A stretch of 64,000 nucleotides of DNA from assembly GCA_002633005.1 (NCBI GenBank), contig NMRA01000239.1, positions 1 through 64,000 of the forward strand, in the 5' to 3' direction. This document shows, one piece after another, positions 25,901 to 38,200 of this stretch. Position numbers and translations under genes: made by a program. The notes under the pieces were generated by a model. It ran no database searches and was not told where the DNA came from. It saw only the letters and a list, made by a program, of their open reading frames with translations. Position 1 is the stretch's first letter. Each line of letters begins with the position of its first letter. Source of the stretch: Phoronis australis. Taxonomy: Eukaryota > Animalia > Phoronida.

Positions 25901-27937
25901 TCAGAAACAAGCCTTGCTCTGTAGAGTCAATGAATGAAGAGTCTTCACTAAAGCCCACTTCGTTTAGCCACAAAGGGTTTTTTAGTAGGAGTTTAGTTCT
26001 GTACATGTTTTTGCTATTAATATGTTTATAATAGCAAATCTAAATATTTGAATACTACTTACATGTATATAGTTCTATATATACTACTTTCATCTACTGT
26101 CTACATCCCAGATATAAAGGCCGCGCGATTTCTGGGTTTGTCATTATTTTCCTTTTATGTTCTGTGTATTCTTGAATAAATGTATATCACCTTAAGTGTT
26201 TAGTTCTGGAGAAGTGTTCAATAATTATAAGTGACTCAGATGATCTCAGTTAATAATAGGCCTGATAGACCGGTAGACCGGGCCAGAACACCTACTGTAG
26301 CTGATAGACGGGGGTACCCGATGTTTGATCACAGGAGCACTTAGATTGCACCCGAGTATGTACAGAAATGAATGGTTGGGATGTCTCACTCCGGGTGTGG
26401 TCTCTGGGGACCTTACGAGGGGGCCCAAAACTGACGCTAGATTAGATATTAGCGGTAACGGCTAAAATTGCAGTAAAAATCAACTATCGCGTCACACAGT
26501 GGGCACCGAATGACACGTGCAATTGCACTCAGGAAAGGTCATGCTCAAAAACTCCAAAACTACCCCCCCGGAATTGAGCTATACTTGCAAGCAGTGCGCC
26601 ACCTTTTAACTGCAATATAGGCCAACTCAATAAACTTTGAAGCGTTTTCATGAGTCGCTGATGGTGTCTATGCTGTAGTTGGTAATGAGAATCAAGTCCT
26701 GTCGTCATGATCATGATGTGGCCGATTTTATGAATAATTAAAGCGTCAATAAGTCGGTTTATGATAAACCGACTTATCATAACAAAAACTAACCTTTGAT
26801 TATCACCACGATATGAAATTGGTCTCAATTTGTTCGATAATCAAGTTAGAGGTGAAATTGTTTTGTAATCACTTATTTGGTTATCAAATAAACTATCAAA
26901 AAAAGAAAAATGTTATAGATGATTTCAAAGCTTCAAAAGAGCTGACAGTTCGTCATTGTTTGAGACCAGGCTGTGCAAGTTAGAATGTCACGCCAGGCCT
27001 GATATGAGTAATAATGAACTTTCGGTCCTTTGCTAATGGCGTACATCACTTCTCATCTGATCAAACTGGAAATTAAAAACCAATTTTGTTGTTCCAAATG
27101 GTCTAAATCAAAAGTTCGTTTCTTTTCACGGAACGCAGACGCGTGAAGCAGCTAACCACTGAGAAAATATAGTTTCGACATTTTTCACGCTACCACGGAG
27201 CCAGGAATGTAAATAGCATGTCATCGGTTTACGCAATTAAAAGTGGTTCAACACGGGGAAATTATATTGTTAGGACTCTACGATCCTTTATTGAAATGTG
27301 CCGTGAAAGATGGGACACTCCAGTGTAACCATTTTTGGAAAACACAAAACCTTTGGAAATAGTCAATATGCCTCCAAACCTGATTTGTCCACAGGCATAA
27401 ACATTTAGGGCAGCTGCAAAAGGCAGAGGTCGGTGTTGAGATTTATCTATGAGCGGTTCGATATTTGTGTTGTCTTATTCAAAAGTCTCGTATTTAGCCA
27501 ATGAAATAAAACTATGAAGTTTAACTCAGTCAAAGTATAATTATATTTTCTGAAAGTAGAAAGACTTCAGAATTTGATTCACGGTCATGAACGCTGTTAC
27601 AATTTTCTGAATTTTCATTTCGTTTTGTACAGCTCTTGAGCTTTTCCATGAATAACGTAAAAGTATCTTAGCCTCTCATCCAATGCGTTTCGGAGAATAC
27701 TGCGTTAAGCAAAGTCTCCGCTCCACTAGATTCATATGAATCAGATCAGTCATTTAAAGATATGATGTTCCGAAGTTAGACAAATTTTGACTTTTTTCTA
27801 AGGTCCAACATAAAGTGCCACATAATAACTTGTTTTTTGCAAAAATATGAAATTTACAACAACAATTAAACCAATATTAAATACCACAGTGTATCATGAA
27901 ATATAATTATAGCAATGTCTTTATAACTTTTGAAAAC

Positions 27938-28099
27938 CAGTGGCGATTTAAGAGGGGGCCAAGTGGGCTACGGCCCCTAACATTCTCCCAGATTCCATTT
28001 GGCATTTCGGGAGTGCGAAAGTCTAAAAGGGCAAAATGATCCTGGCACATACTCTGCCCTGCCCCCCCCCTCCAACTCAAAATCCTGGATCCGCCCCTG
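27938..28099 (+). mobile_element. MITE family A, copy 2 (TSD AAAAC)
   Basis: cagtggcgattta...cctggatccgcccctg, flanked by aaaac at 27933-27937 and 28100-28104. Confidence 0.9.
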
Positions 28100-28299
28100 A
28101 AAACTTCTGTTGTCAACTTCATCATGACAACATTTGAGCCCAAGTGTATGCGGCCGTGAAAACGCAGAAATCCGTCCACTAAGAGCGTTCAATATTTTTT
28201 AAACTTATGTCTTTAGGGAAAAGGTATGCATCTTTTGCACACATGTCTCAATAAACTGGCAACCTAAAAACTTCGTTCCTTACACTTTCGTGTTGAATT

Positions 28300-29151
28300 A
28301 TTTTGACATGAAATGACGACATAAAGCGCGGTTTTTCCTATACTTCGCATCGCCAACTTAAGTGAACACAGACACCAGGTGGCGAGAGCGTCTCGTCCAC
28401 GCCAATGCGCTAATCATTGGCTAACGAAGTAAATGAGCTGTACAGAGAACGCCATTTACTAGTAAAGAAGTAAACACACTGACAAATGAAATAAGCCGAA
28501 GACAAAAAGTAGCGATTTATTTACACTATATAATGGCCCTCCGACGTGAAGCAAAGAACTTTAAGTAACTTACGGCGACCTAATTAAATCTGGATAACCA
28601 GGCCAGCGCAAAAGAGAGATATCATGTTGAAAAATTGGTAAAATATAACCGCTTTCGTCATCTGACACTATGTTATTACAAAGAGATACTATTAAAAATA
28701 CTGGCAGGTATTAAAATGGATAAAGACGCGCGGGATTGGATAAGGTTTACTAGCCAAGCTGTAAGGGATAATTTTTCATGAAAGCTCCAAAGGCCGGATG
28801 CTTTCTTAGGGTCTGCTCTCTAAATTAGTTGGACACTATCGGATCCTAATTTTACTGAGCTGCACCCCAGTGCCGAGGACACCCAGGCCGCGGCCCAGCG
28901 CAGGCGATCTCGGCGGTTATAATTATCTTACAAGTAATTTTTGACAATTTAAATTTCAGTGTAAAGTGTTGTCTGTTATCATTTTGCGGAAGCGATCGCT
29001 GGGACACTGACCTCAACTACACTACTCTCAGTTGAGTCACCATATGTTATCGATTCCTGTAAAATAACAAGACGGTGAAGTCATACAGGAAAGACGAACG
29101 CGCACGCCCATTCAGTGTACATCCGGGAACTGGTTCTGTTCCAACATGGCG
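28300..29151 (+). promoter_or_regulatory. CpG-enriched promoter and 5' region of the dynein LIC gene
   Basis: CpG is locally enriched. There is a CTCF-like caccaggtggcg near 28373, and a YY1-like aacatggcg overlaps the start ATG. Confidence 0.45.
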
Positions 29152-29225
29152 CCGATCGGCGATAGTTCTTCCAGAGTTGGCAAGTCAGACAAAAACAAAG
29201 CCGAAGACAGTGGCAAGAATCTATG
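29146..29225 (+). CDS. DYNC1LI: DYNC1LI exon 1
   Basis: [27 protein letters not shown], ending TG|gtgcgt. Confidence 0.9.
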
Positions 29226-32200
29226 GTGCGTAACCATCGTGTTACAGATTCAAAAGAAATTCAGTTATCAACCAATGACGCTCACATTCTTTCAAATTGG
29301 TACTGATGGACAGTGTTATTTTGCCACCTTTTCCAGATTCGATTTTCTTGCAGAACAAGCCACTGACAGTTTCACTGACAGCTTCAGTTTTTAGCTTTAC
29401 GTCACTCTTAGATTGCGTTTTATAGAAAATTTATTGATGTGTGCTGGTCACATGTTCTGCAGTGGTTATTGTTTCGCGAATTGGAGTGAATTAGTGTAAC
29501 GTGATGTTGATTGGGACTTCTTTTATTTAGCCCAAGCGAGTATAAGCGTCGGATTTTAAGGGTTCGATTTAGCAACCGGTAGGATGCAATGCCACTTAAG
29601 ATTTTTTGGCGACCTGGTAAAAATCTCATGTGACCACGATATCACCACACATACATTCAGTAAACACTCAAAATACCACAGAACATAAACAAACAGAAAT
29701 AAGAATGGTTTGGCAAAAATGGGAATTGTCTGTTCTATATCTATGTGATGACACATCCTAGTCCAGTCTGCACAGAGTTGGTATGTTACACTTAATCCTG
29801 GTAAAACTGTCAAAGTCACCTTACTGTATGTACCTTTCGAGTGTAATCCCATCTCAAGGCTGAGCCAATGGCTAACACACACTACACCAGTGATTCACTT
29901 CATTAGTGTTGAAAAATTGGCGACCTCTCCTACCTAAACAAAATGGCATTGATGAATGAAGAGACGTAGTGGAAAGTGTACCAAAGCAGGTTTTGGACTA
30001 TTAACAGATATACAAAACAAAATAATTCTCTACAATTCCCGACCACCCTCAAGAGTTTGGAGGAAAATATGAAAACTCCTTTCAAAGTCTGCTAAACACT
30101 AACAGGCTTTTAGCAAATTACGTGGCAACTGTGGCGAAAGACCACCCACCAAGAACCACAATAACCAATCTGTGACGTAGGGAGCATGAGTTTTTAGTTG
30201 CTTCCTGCTTTCATCGTTCAAGATTGTCGCCACTGATACATTAGCAACTGACAGAACGAGGATTGGTGGAAATCATCAAAACCGGGTTTGGCATCCTTTT
30301 AAGTATTGAAATATTTGTATGAGCAAGAATGATTTAAAGACATCTGTGGCTTCTAAAGGTGTATTTCTGTGCTCAAAATGTACCTCTAGCAACGTGACTT
30401 CGATGGTTTAGCTAATGCCAAAAACCTTCAAATGGTGTGACTGTCCAGTCCTGTTCATGAATCATGATCAGGTAGCGTGTGTCGATTATCTGCTCCTGCT
30501 TCATGAGGTGGTCTCAAGGGGGGAAACGTGGTCGTTACCAAGCACCTAAGAACATGAGACACTCAGTTTCCTATTTGACCGTATAAAAAACGACAGCTGT
30601 TCAATTTTGGGAAGGACAGTGAACAATTACATAATGCTGAGTTTACAGGTTCTTCAGTTCAGCTCTCATTTACTTCGCTTTCAGCTTTCATTAATTTTTT
30701 GTGGTTCGTAGAGAACGGAACTTTTGCAACCCAATACCCTTCTGCATACGGGGTTTCCTTGTTTTGGTGACCTGGAAATTTTTCAGGAGATTTTACTAAA
30801 TGCATTAAGCATGGTTTGCAGAGCGTAGCTTTACTAAACAACATTTGGGGATAGTTTGATAATTTGCAACTTTGTGTTAAGCGTCGGAAAAATATGGCAA
30901 TTTTTGCTACTGTTGGTGTCCCAAATTGAAAAGTTTTCACCGTAGATTGATGTGAGACAGACTGTCAGTTTAGGCTAAGACTTAACTATGCTGCAAGTTG
31001 AGCTTAGATAGCCATCCATGATTTAGAGAACCAGGCATTCAAGGTTTTGCATTGTGTATTTTTATAGTTTTAAAGTCTGAATCTGTGATTTTCAGAACCA
31101 GGCAGTCATGAACTCATTAAATATTCATTGAATGAAGCTTGTGCACAAAACCAGGGATTCAGGCATTTTAATTGAAAATGTATGCACAACGCAAACCTTG
31201 AGATTGTTTTCATTTTCACTTGCAAACCTCTTGTCAAAATTGTGCAAGAACTATTGAAAAATTTCTAAATTTTATGGGTGTGTACTAGTTTACAGTCTAA
31301 CTCACTGCTGTGTAGTGCAGGAGGAAATACTTTATCTACAACACAACCTTTGTAGCCTTGGTTGTGGTAGAAGACTTGTTTTAGTCACAAAGATAATCAC
31401 TTGTCACTGTTTTTTACTTTTACTGTTTGGAATTGGAACCCATTTTCTGTGCTTCACATTTTATTTCTGTGTATATTTTTAAGGAACACAATCTTGAGTG
31501 AAGTACAGACCAGCTCAGCACAGAAATTACCATCCTCAAAGTCAGTCATAGTGTTAGGTAAGTTGAAAACACTCAATAACTGATTTTCGAAATAGCCGCG
31601 TCATACTGAAATTTACTATCCCGTCAGATGGCAATCAGTTCTTTAATGGACTGGCGTTCAGCGCCACATACAGTTCCCATGTAGTGCATACAGGAGGTTT
31701 TAACCTACTGGTGTGAACAGTGCTGTAATACTTTTCCTGTTATCAAAATGCCGGCAAATTTCTACCTCTGTGCGGTGGGGTGTACTGATGCCATATGGAA
31801 AAAGGCAAACCTTATGGAATGTATGGATGTAAAGAAGTATCCGCGCCAAAGCCAGTGGCTGCAGCAAATAAAGCAGGTTTTCGATATCAGCCGGTGTCAA
31901 AAAACTTTATAAATTTTTGAACTTAAACTAATCAAACTAATGGGTGGAGCTGACACTATGTAGTAATAATTGGATTTCTGTCCACCAAATCTGAGTTGGG
32001 ATCAAGCTTAACTCACTTTTGTGCTTTCATTACTCTAGAGAGCGCTCATATGAAAGTCAGAATACCAACTGATTTCCTAAAGTAATGGCATATTGAAAGT
32101 CTTCCACAGACTGAGTTACTATTATTCACTGACTTGCAGATGAGGGCTTGAAACTGTTGATTTTTCCCTGTCTTATCCTTGCGCATAGCATTGTGCAAGG

Positions 32201-35200
32201 GTGACCATTCATTAGCTTGGAAATAATCAGATGTTCTTGATGCTGCACTTTGTAAAATATAGAATTTTAATTCTGCATGTCATGAGTACCTGTCAACATG
32301 TTTGATTCTCAGGTGACAATGAGTCTGGTAAGACAACACTAATAGCCAAACTGCAGGGTACAGAAGACCCGAAGAAAGGCTGTGGCCTAGAGTTTCATTA
32401 CTTTGATGTTAGCGACGAGTACAGGGAAGGTATGGATCGATTTGAGCTTGTTATACTGTAGTGATGTTAACTTTTACCCGTGTCTGATTTTGGGTTACAG
32501 TGGAAAGCACTTTTTATGTTAGCTTTAGTAAAAGTTCATTTCTCTGGTAACCTTATAGAGACATTCTACGGGTTAGTTACTATTCCCCTGATAAGTGAAT
32601 ACTGTCTATGGAACAATAGAAAGTTTCAAAAACCACTGTACGAAGGGTTCACCTCTTCATTCTGCATCCATTGAACATAACCTGTACAAATTGTCTTCAG
32701 GACCTTATGTTTCCTTAGTAAAAGTGAATGGAGAAATGTGATCGGGCCCTTTGCGAGGCCGTTTACAACACTTGTTCCTTGGATAGCAAATATACACTTG
32801 GGGAATAGTAATTAATATGCAAAAATATATATTCAAGGTAAACTTGATGTCAAAAAGTGTTGCTGTCCCCTGCAAAAAGTTTCTGAAAATTACTTTTGCT
32901 TTTGGAACAAATTGTAAAAGAATGGCTGTCGTTTTTTGTATTTAATAACTGAACGCATGGGAAGATTTCAATGACCTCCTCGTTAAAGTACTCTTTTCAC
33001 TTCATTGTAGATAAAAGAATGAAACAAATTTTAATAAAACGCTGTTTAATTAAAACCTGTTCTCAAGTAAAGTTCTTTTTGCATGACATAGAAATTTGTC
33101 AAAATGTACAGAGTTGGGTTGTTGGGTTTTATTTTGGGTCGTGCTTCTCAAAATAATTCCAAACCTCACTTTCTATTCACCGATTTTATAAACCCTAAGA
33201 GTTAAATTTGTAGTCTGAAAACCCAAGCACAATCTAGATAGATTGTATTATATTCGAAATTGGTGACAACAAAGGAAAGGGTTGTCTTTAAATGTTAACC
33301 GACAGTTCATAGAATGTCATACAAATGGGCGTTGATATCGTCACATTTTCTGATGGCCTGCTGTGCAACAATCACGCGACTCTTTAAGTAACATCATTCA
33401 TCAATGCTCAACTCTTTCAGATGTTGCCTGCCCACCATCCTATGAGCAGGTCATGTGTATGTGTTACCACGGCAACAGCTTCCAAAGCTTTATCATTAAA
33501 CTTGCACTGTGATGTTTTAAAAACAATTTGGTGATAAGATAGAAGTTACGATCTACACTATATGAATAGATACGGATCTGTGTATGCATATGCAGCGCTC
33601 GAAGTTTACCATCCCGATTGTTCATCGTTTGCAACCAGAAATTCAGACTGTAGTTAAACTGCATAAACTGTTCACATGTAAAACCCCACTCAGTGCTCAC
33701 AAATCCATGGTTGCACAACTTGTGTGGCAATTGATACGAATATGGCTGATAATGGATGGTTCCGACATATCAATCAAGCTTATAATTTAAGTCAATCAAG
33801 GCACGGAAGTGTGTAACCATCACTTATGTCTGTCATCTTTGTCTCAAAAACATTAGTTCGAAACAAAATTGTGAAGAGGGTTTTTACGATATGTTTGGGG
33901 CATTAGCTATACGGATCAATAATATATAAGGAACAAACTAGAAAAAATGTCTGTCGCTAATAACAAAATGTTGCAAACTTTATGATCAAGCTAAATAAAG
34001 AAGCTCAATGTGGGAGAAATTCACCTTCATAATGTTTCACTAATATCTTTCATTTCATTTTCTTTGATAGTATCTATTGGAATTAATGTTTGGAATATAT
34101 GTGGATGGCAGTGCATGTCACTTGTGGATACATGTCTCCCGTCCACAACCTTAGACACTGTCTTAGTCCTAATACTAGACCACCAGTGAAGACAACAAAT
34201 CCAAATCAGGTCAAATTGCATGGAAGTAGTCTTTTTTTTTTCCCACCGTCGTTTCCACTATGAAATAGTTTACCGTAGCACCTATTGAACATACTACTGG
34301 GCCTACCAACTGTACTTGTCTGAATGGATCAGACATCTGTGAATGAAGCTCGATGTATCAACTGTAGTGGGGGTGGCCCTACTGCGTTTGTGGGAACTAT
34401 CCATTATTATTAATAGTCCACAAGTTGGTTCTAACTTTCAATTGATTTAAACTGAAGGGCATTTGGTTTTTTGATAATCACAGCTTTTTGAAGGGTTGCA
34501 CATTTTACCAAAAAGGTAATGGACTCCATTTTACATGGACTCGTGCCAACGTTGAAATATCAGGATTACTTGCTGGAACTTGACATGGGCTGAGGTTTTG
34601 TGAGGTTACTATGTTCTATTTCTAGTTGCTACTTCGTGCGCTGATATACATCTACATTTACTGTTCTAATGTCAGTTTAGAAGTTTGTGACTTCATGCAT
34701 GGTAACACTAGAAAAATTTTGAAGTGTGCGTTTTGAGTAAGCAGAATATACGCGCATGGCAGAAGTGAGCTTGGACACCCTTTTGATATGCTTTACGCTT
34801 CTGTACACGGTAATGGTCGGATATAATGTACCGGAATTTTGAGAACCAGTTTCCTCCACTGGCATGAAACTGGCTCTCAAATACGGGCACATTATATCTG
34901 ACTATTGCCTCTGTACACATTAAAAGAAGATCTGGATTTCCTTAGTTGTGTTACTTTGCTTTTTTCTGGAATTTGACTAGGTGTCCTGGTGATAAGTTGA
35001 CCACTTTTGGGTTTCTGAGCTCTGAAAGCAGAAAATTGAGACAAAATGGTGCGGTGTTGTTGTTGCATAACCTTGCATAAATTTGTAATCCTACACATGG
35101 AAAACCAGCATGAGGTCATGAGGTCATAGAGACCTCAGATGAATTCCCGCTGTGCAGTAACAGGTCAGCACTTTGGAGACCAGGGAAGTGGGACAAAAAT

Positions 35201-38200
35201 ACACCTTGCTTGTTATCATGCAAAAGGTCTATTCCTCTCTACCACATTTTAGATTGTGCATGTTATGAGGAATGACATCTGATTGTCTTGTCTGGTTAGA
35301 AGGATCAAGCTTAATTCAATACATTCCCTGAGTTGTCCTTGTAACTTACAGGCATCACGAACAGAGCCGTGGCCTGTAATTACACTTGTTGCTCTGCCCT
35401 GTCTTTAATCATATATGTATTGATACTCCATGGCACTGCAAGTGCATTTGAATGTCATTTGCTATGTTTTGATATGTAACTGCTGTGCTTTCATCCTCAA
35501 ACTTAGCTTAATAACACCGCATAATAACACTGCATATCGCTATCATGACTTCAATTTCAACGAAATGGGAAAATAAGAGAAACACATGTTTTCCTAGTTG
35601 ATATCATTATTTGCACTTTTTACCATCCAAAACAACTTGAATATTTTGAAAGCCACAAATTTCCTCTCTAAGGTGTTTCGTATTTGTGCATGTTTGAACT
35701 TCTCACGTGACATCCAAAGTGAAAAATTTTGAGACTTGTTTGGTGGAGGTTTTCTCATTCTTCAATCAATTCCATAGTGTGAAACCTAACCAGAAATTCC
35801 TGTGGTCTTGCACCCAGTGTCGTCGTAAGGACTGTTTTACTGAGCGGCACTTACTGATCAGTGATTCGTTTCTCATGTTTGAAGGTCACGTGACTGGTCA
35901 TTTGACTGACGTTCTGACATGTTCACAGTTTAATAACATCCTGTGAGGGGAAATTTGAACAAAAGCAAGTATTAAGCAAAAGCACTGGGGGTGTTTCTGA
36001 CGCACCACTGTTCAATATCTGTAACTTATTGGTCATTATGCTTTGTGCTCGATAAAGGTTCAGTGCACTCAAATGGTAGTCAGTGACTACACCTGTCATA
36101 ATTGAACAATTGATCGGTTGCTGGGTTTTTTTTTTCTATTCGCGGGCTTTTTCAAAAGCTGCTACTTTTAATCACCATTGCACAGGAAGCTTTCCATCAT
36201 TATTAATTGTAATATGACATGGCAATTCGGTGCAGCAGAGCAGCCTTGGATAGGAAAGTTATATTCATTCACATGTTCTTTTGCGTTGTATCATCGTTAC
36301 CGATCCTTTGTACATGTACCTAAGGTTTTGCTTTATAAGCTTCAACTGTGGTGATATCTCCACTTATATGAAGCTACGTTCAATGTGAAATTCAAGAATA
36401 AGTTTCATTGCCACTCAACTTAATGGTAAAGCACGGCGTCTATATCATCTTGGAACAATAGAACTTATTATCCACTAGAGTCCTGGGGTGATGAATACTC
36501 ACTTGAAAAAGTGATTTCTAGTGCACGTTGGTGTTGCTTGTTTTTTTCAGATCAGACCCGCTTAGGAGTGTACATTCTAGATGGTGATCCCACCCACACA
36601 GGCCTTCTCAAGTTTGCGCTGACTGAGGAGAGCTTTGCACACACACTCGTTTTATTGGTTGTCTCCATGGCCCATCCATGGTCCATCGTGGACGCCTTAA
36701 AGAACTGGACGACAATTTTACGGGATCACATCGACAGCCTGCGGATACCATCAGAGGATATGAAGGAGTATGAAGAGAGTTGTAAGTATTGTAATTGTCA
36801 GGTTTGTAACTAGAGATGTAAAAGGCAGGCTGTTATTACTTTGTAACTAGGGATGTAGAAGGCAGGCTGTTATTACTTTGTAACTAGGGATGTAGAAGGC
36901 AGGCTGTTATTACTTTGTAACTAGGGATGTAGAAGGCAGGCTGCTATTATTTTGTAACTAGGGATGTAGAAGGCAGGCTGCTATTACTTTCTTGGTAGCT
37001 AGAAACATGTGAGTGGAAGAAATGATGTCACAGTCACATGGACGTAAGTGTTCAGAATAGGTGTACCTAATTTACATATGCAGGCGTGACTATAAGTTTG
37101 CTGAATATTTGATGATACATGCATTGCCGAGTGTGGATAGTGAATAAAGGAAAAATATTGGATAAATATTTCTAAGGTTTGGAACTGAAATAATTAGTTG
37201 GTAGTTACATGTGTATGTTCTATGTAATTCTAAGTTGAGGTCTGTACCTGCCCATTAACGCCACTCAAGTTTCAATGAAAATAGTGTAACTCCCGTTGCA
37301 GTTTGGTTTAATATCTGTGTGGAAGTTCAGTCATGTCTATCTCTCTGATATACTAGGGTAGCAGTGCTAAGATTTTGAAACGCTTATCATGATTTTAAAC
37401 CATCAACACATGCCTGTTTAAGTGTTAATTTGTTAATTTCCTCCATTTCTTGCAGTGGTCAGACATTTCCAAGAGTATACAGAGCCTAGTGCAGACGGTC
37501 ATTCGGTCACATCGCCCCCCAAACGGCGAGACAACCCTCTTCATCCCGTAGGAGGTGGGGATGGCACAGACAGGGTGGTGATCCCTTTAGAAGAGGACAC
37601 ACTCGCACAGAACTTAGGGATTCCTATCGTTGTTGTGGTGACAAAGGTAACTCACTGTCTTGCAGTGCTACGAGATATGTGTCAAGTTTTATGTCTATAC
37701 TATACCATTTTGCTTGTTAACATTTCCAAATTCTTGAAGTTCTTCGCCTTGAGTCTGTTTTATCCTCTGGACTTGTCATTTTGGTTTCAAACATGTTTCT
37801 TAGTAAGTCTTCAAAATTGTGTAAAAAGAACCACAGACAGTGGTTTCTTATAGTGCGTTGTTGATAAGGTTGTCATGCTGTACTAAACTATGGAGATGTT
37901 ATAAGCTGCATTTCGCCCGTGTCCAGCGGTCAATGTTGAATTCTTAACCAAAGAACTTCGGAGTTGAAAATCTTTGCCCACACTTGCCATCTTGAATTGT
38001 TGCCAAATAAGCCGCCAAAGACAATGCGTACATGCATCAGTTTTTAATTCGCATCTTCAGGTTGGTGAACCTCAATTAATTCTGAATCATTTTCCTCAAT
38101 TTATGAATCCCAGCACCGACTGATTTAAAAATAGTAAAAGACCTAGTTCAGTTTCCATTTTTAACCAGCTAAACGTCAGCAAAATGCGACTTCAATACAG

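Noticed and set aside
36803-36987. CRISPR-like appearance of the 37-bp and 23-bp repeats
   Set aside because: The units are head-to-tail with no unique spacers, there are no cas genes, and they sit in eukaryotic introns.
37106-37192. Intronic C/D snoRNA candidate (tgatga...ctga with tatt/aata stem)
   Set aside because: The C box lacks the leading purine, and I see no C'/D' boxes or recognisable rRNA-complementary guide.
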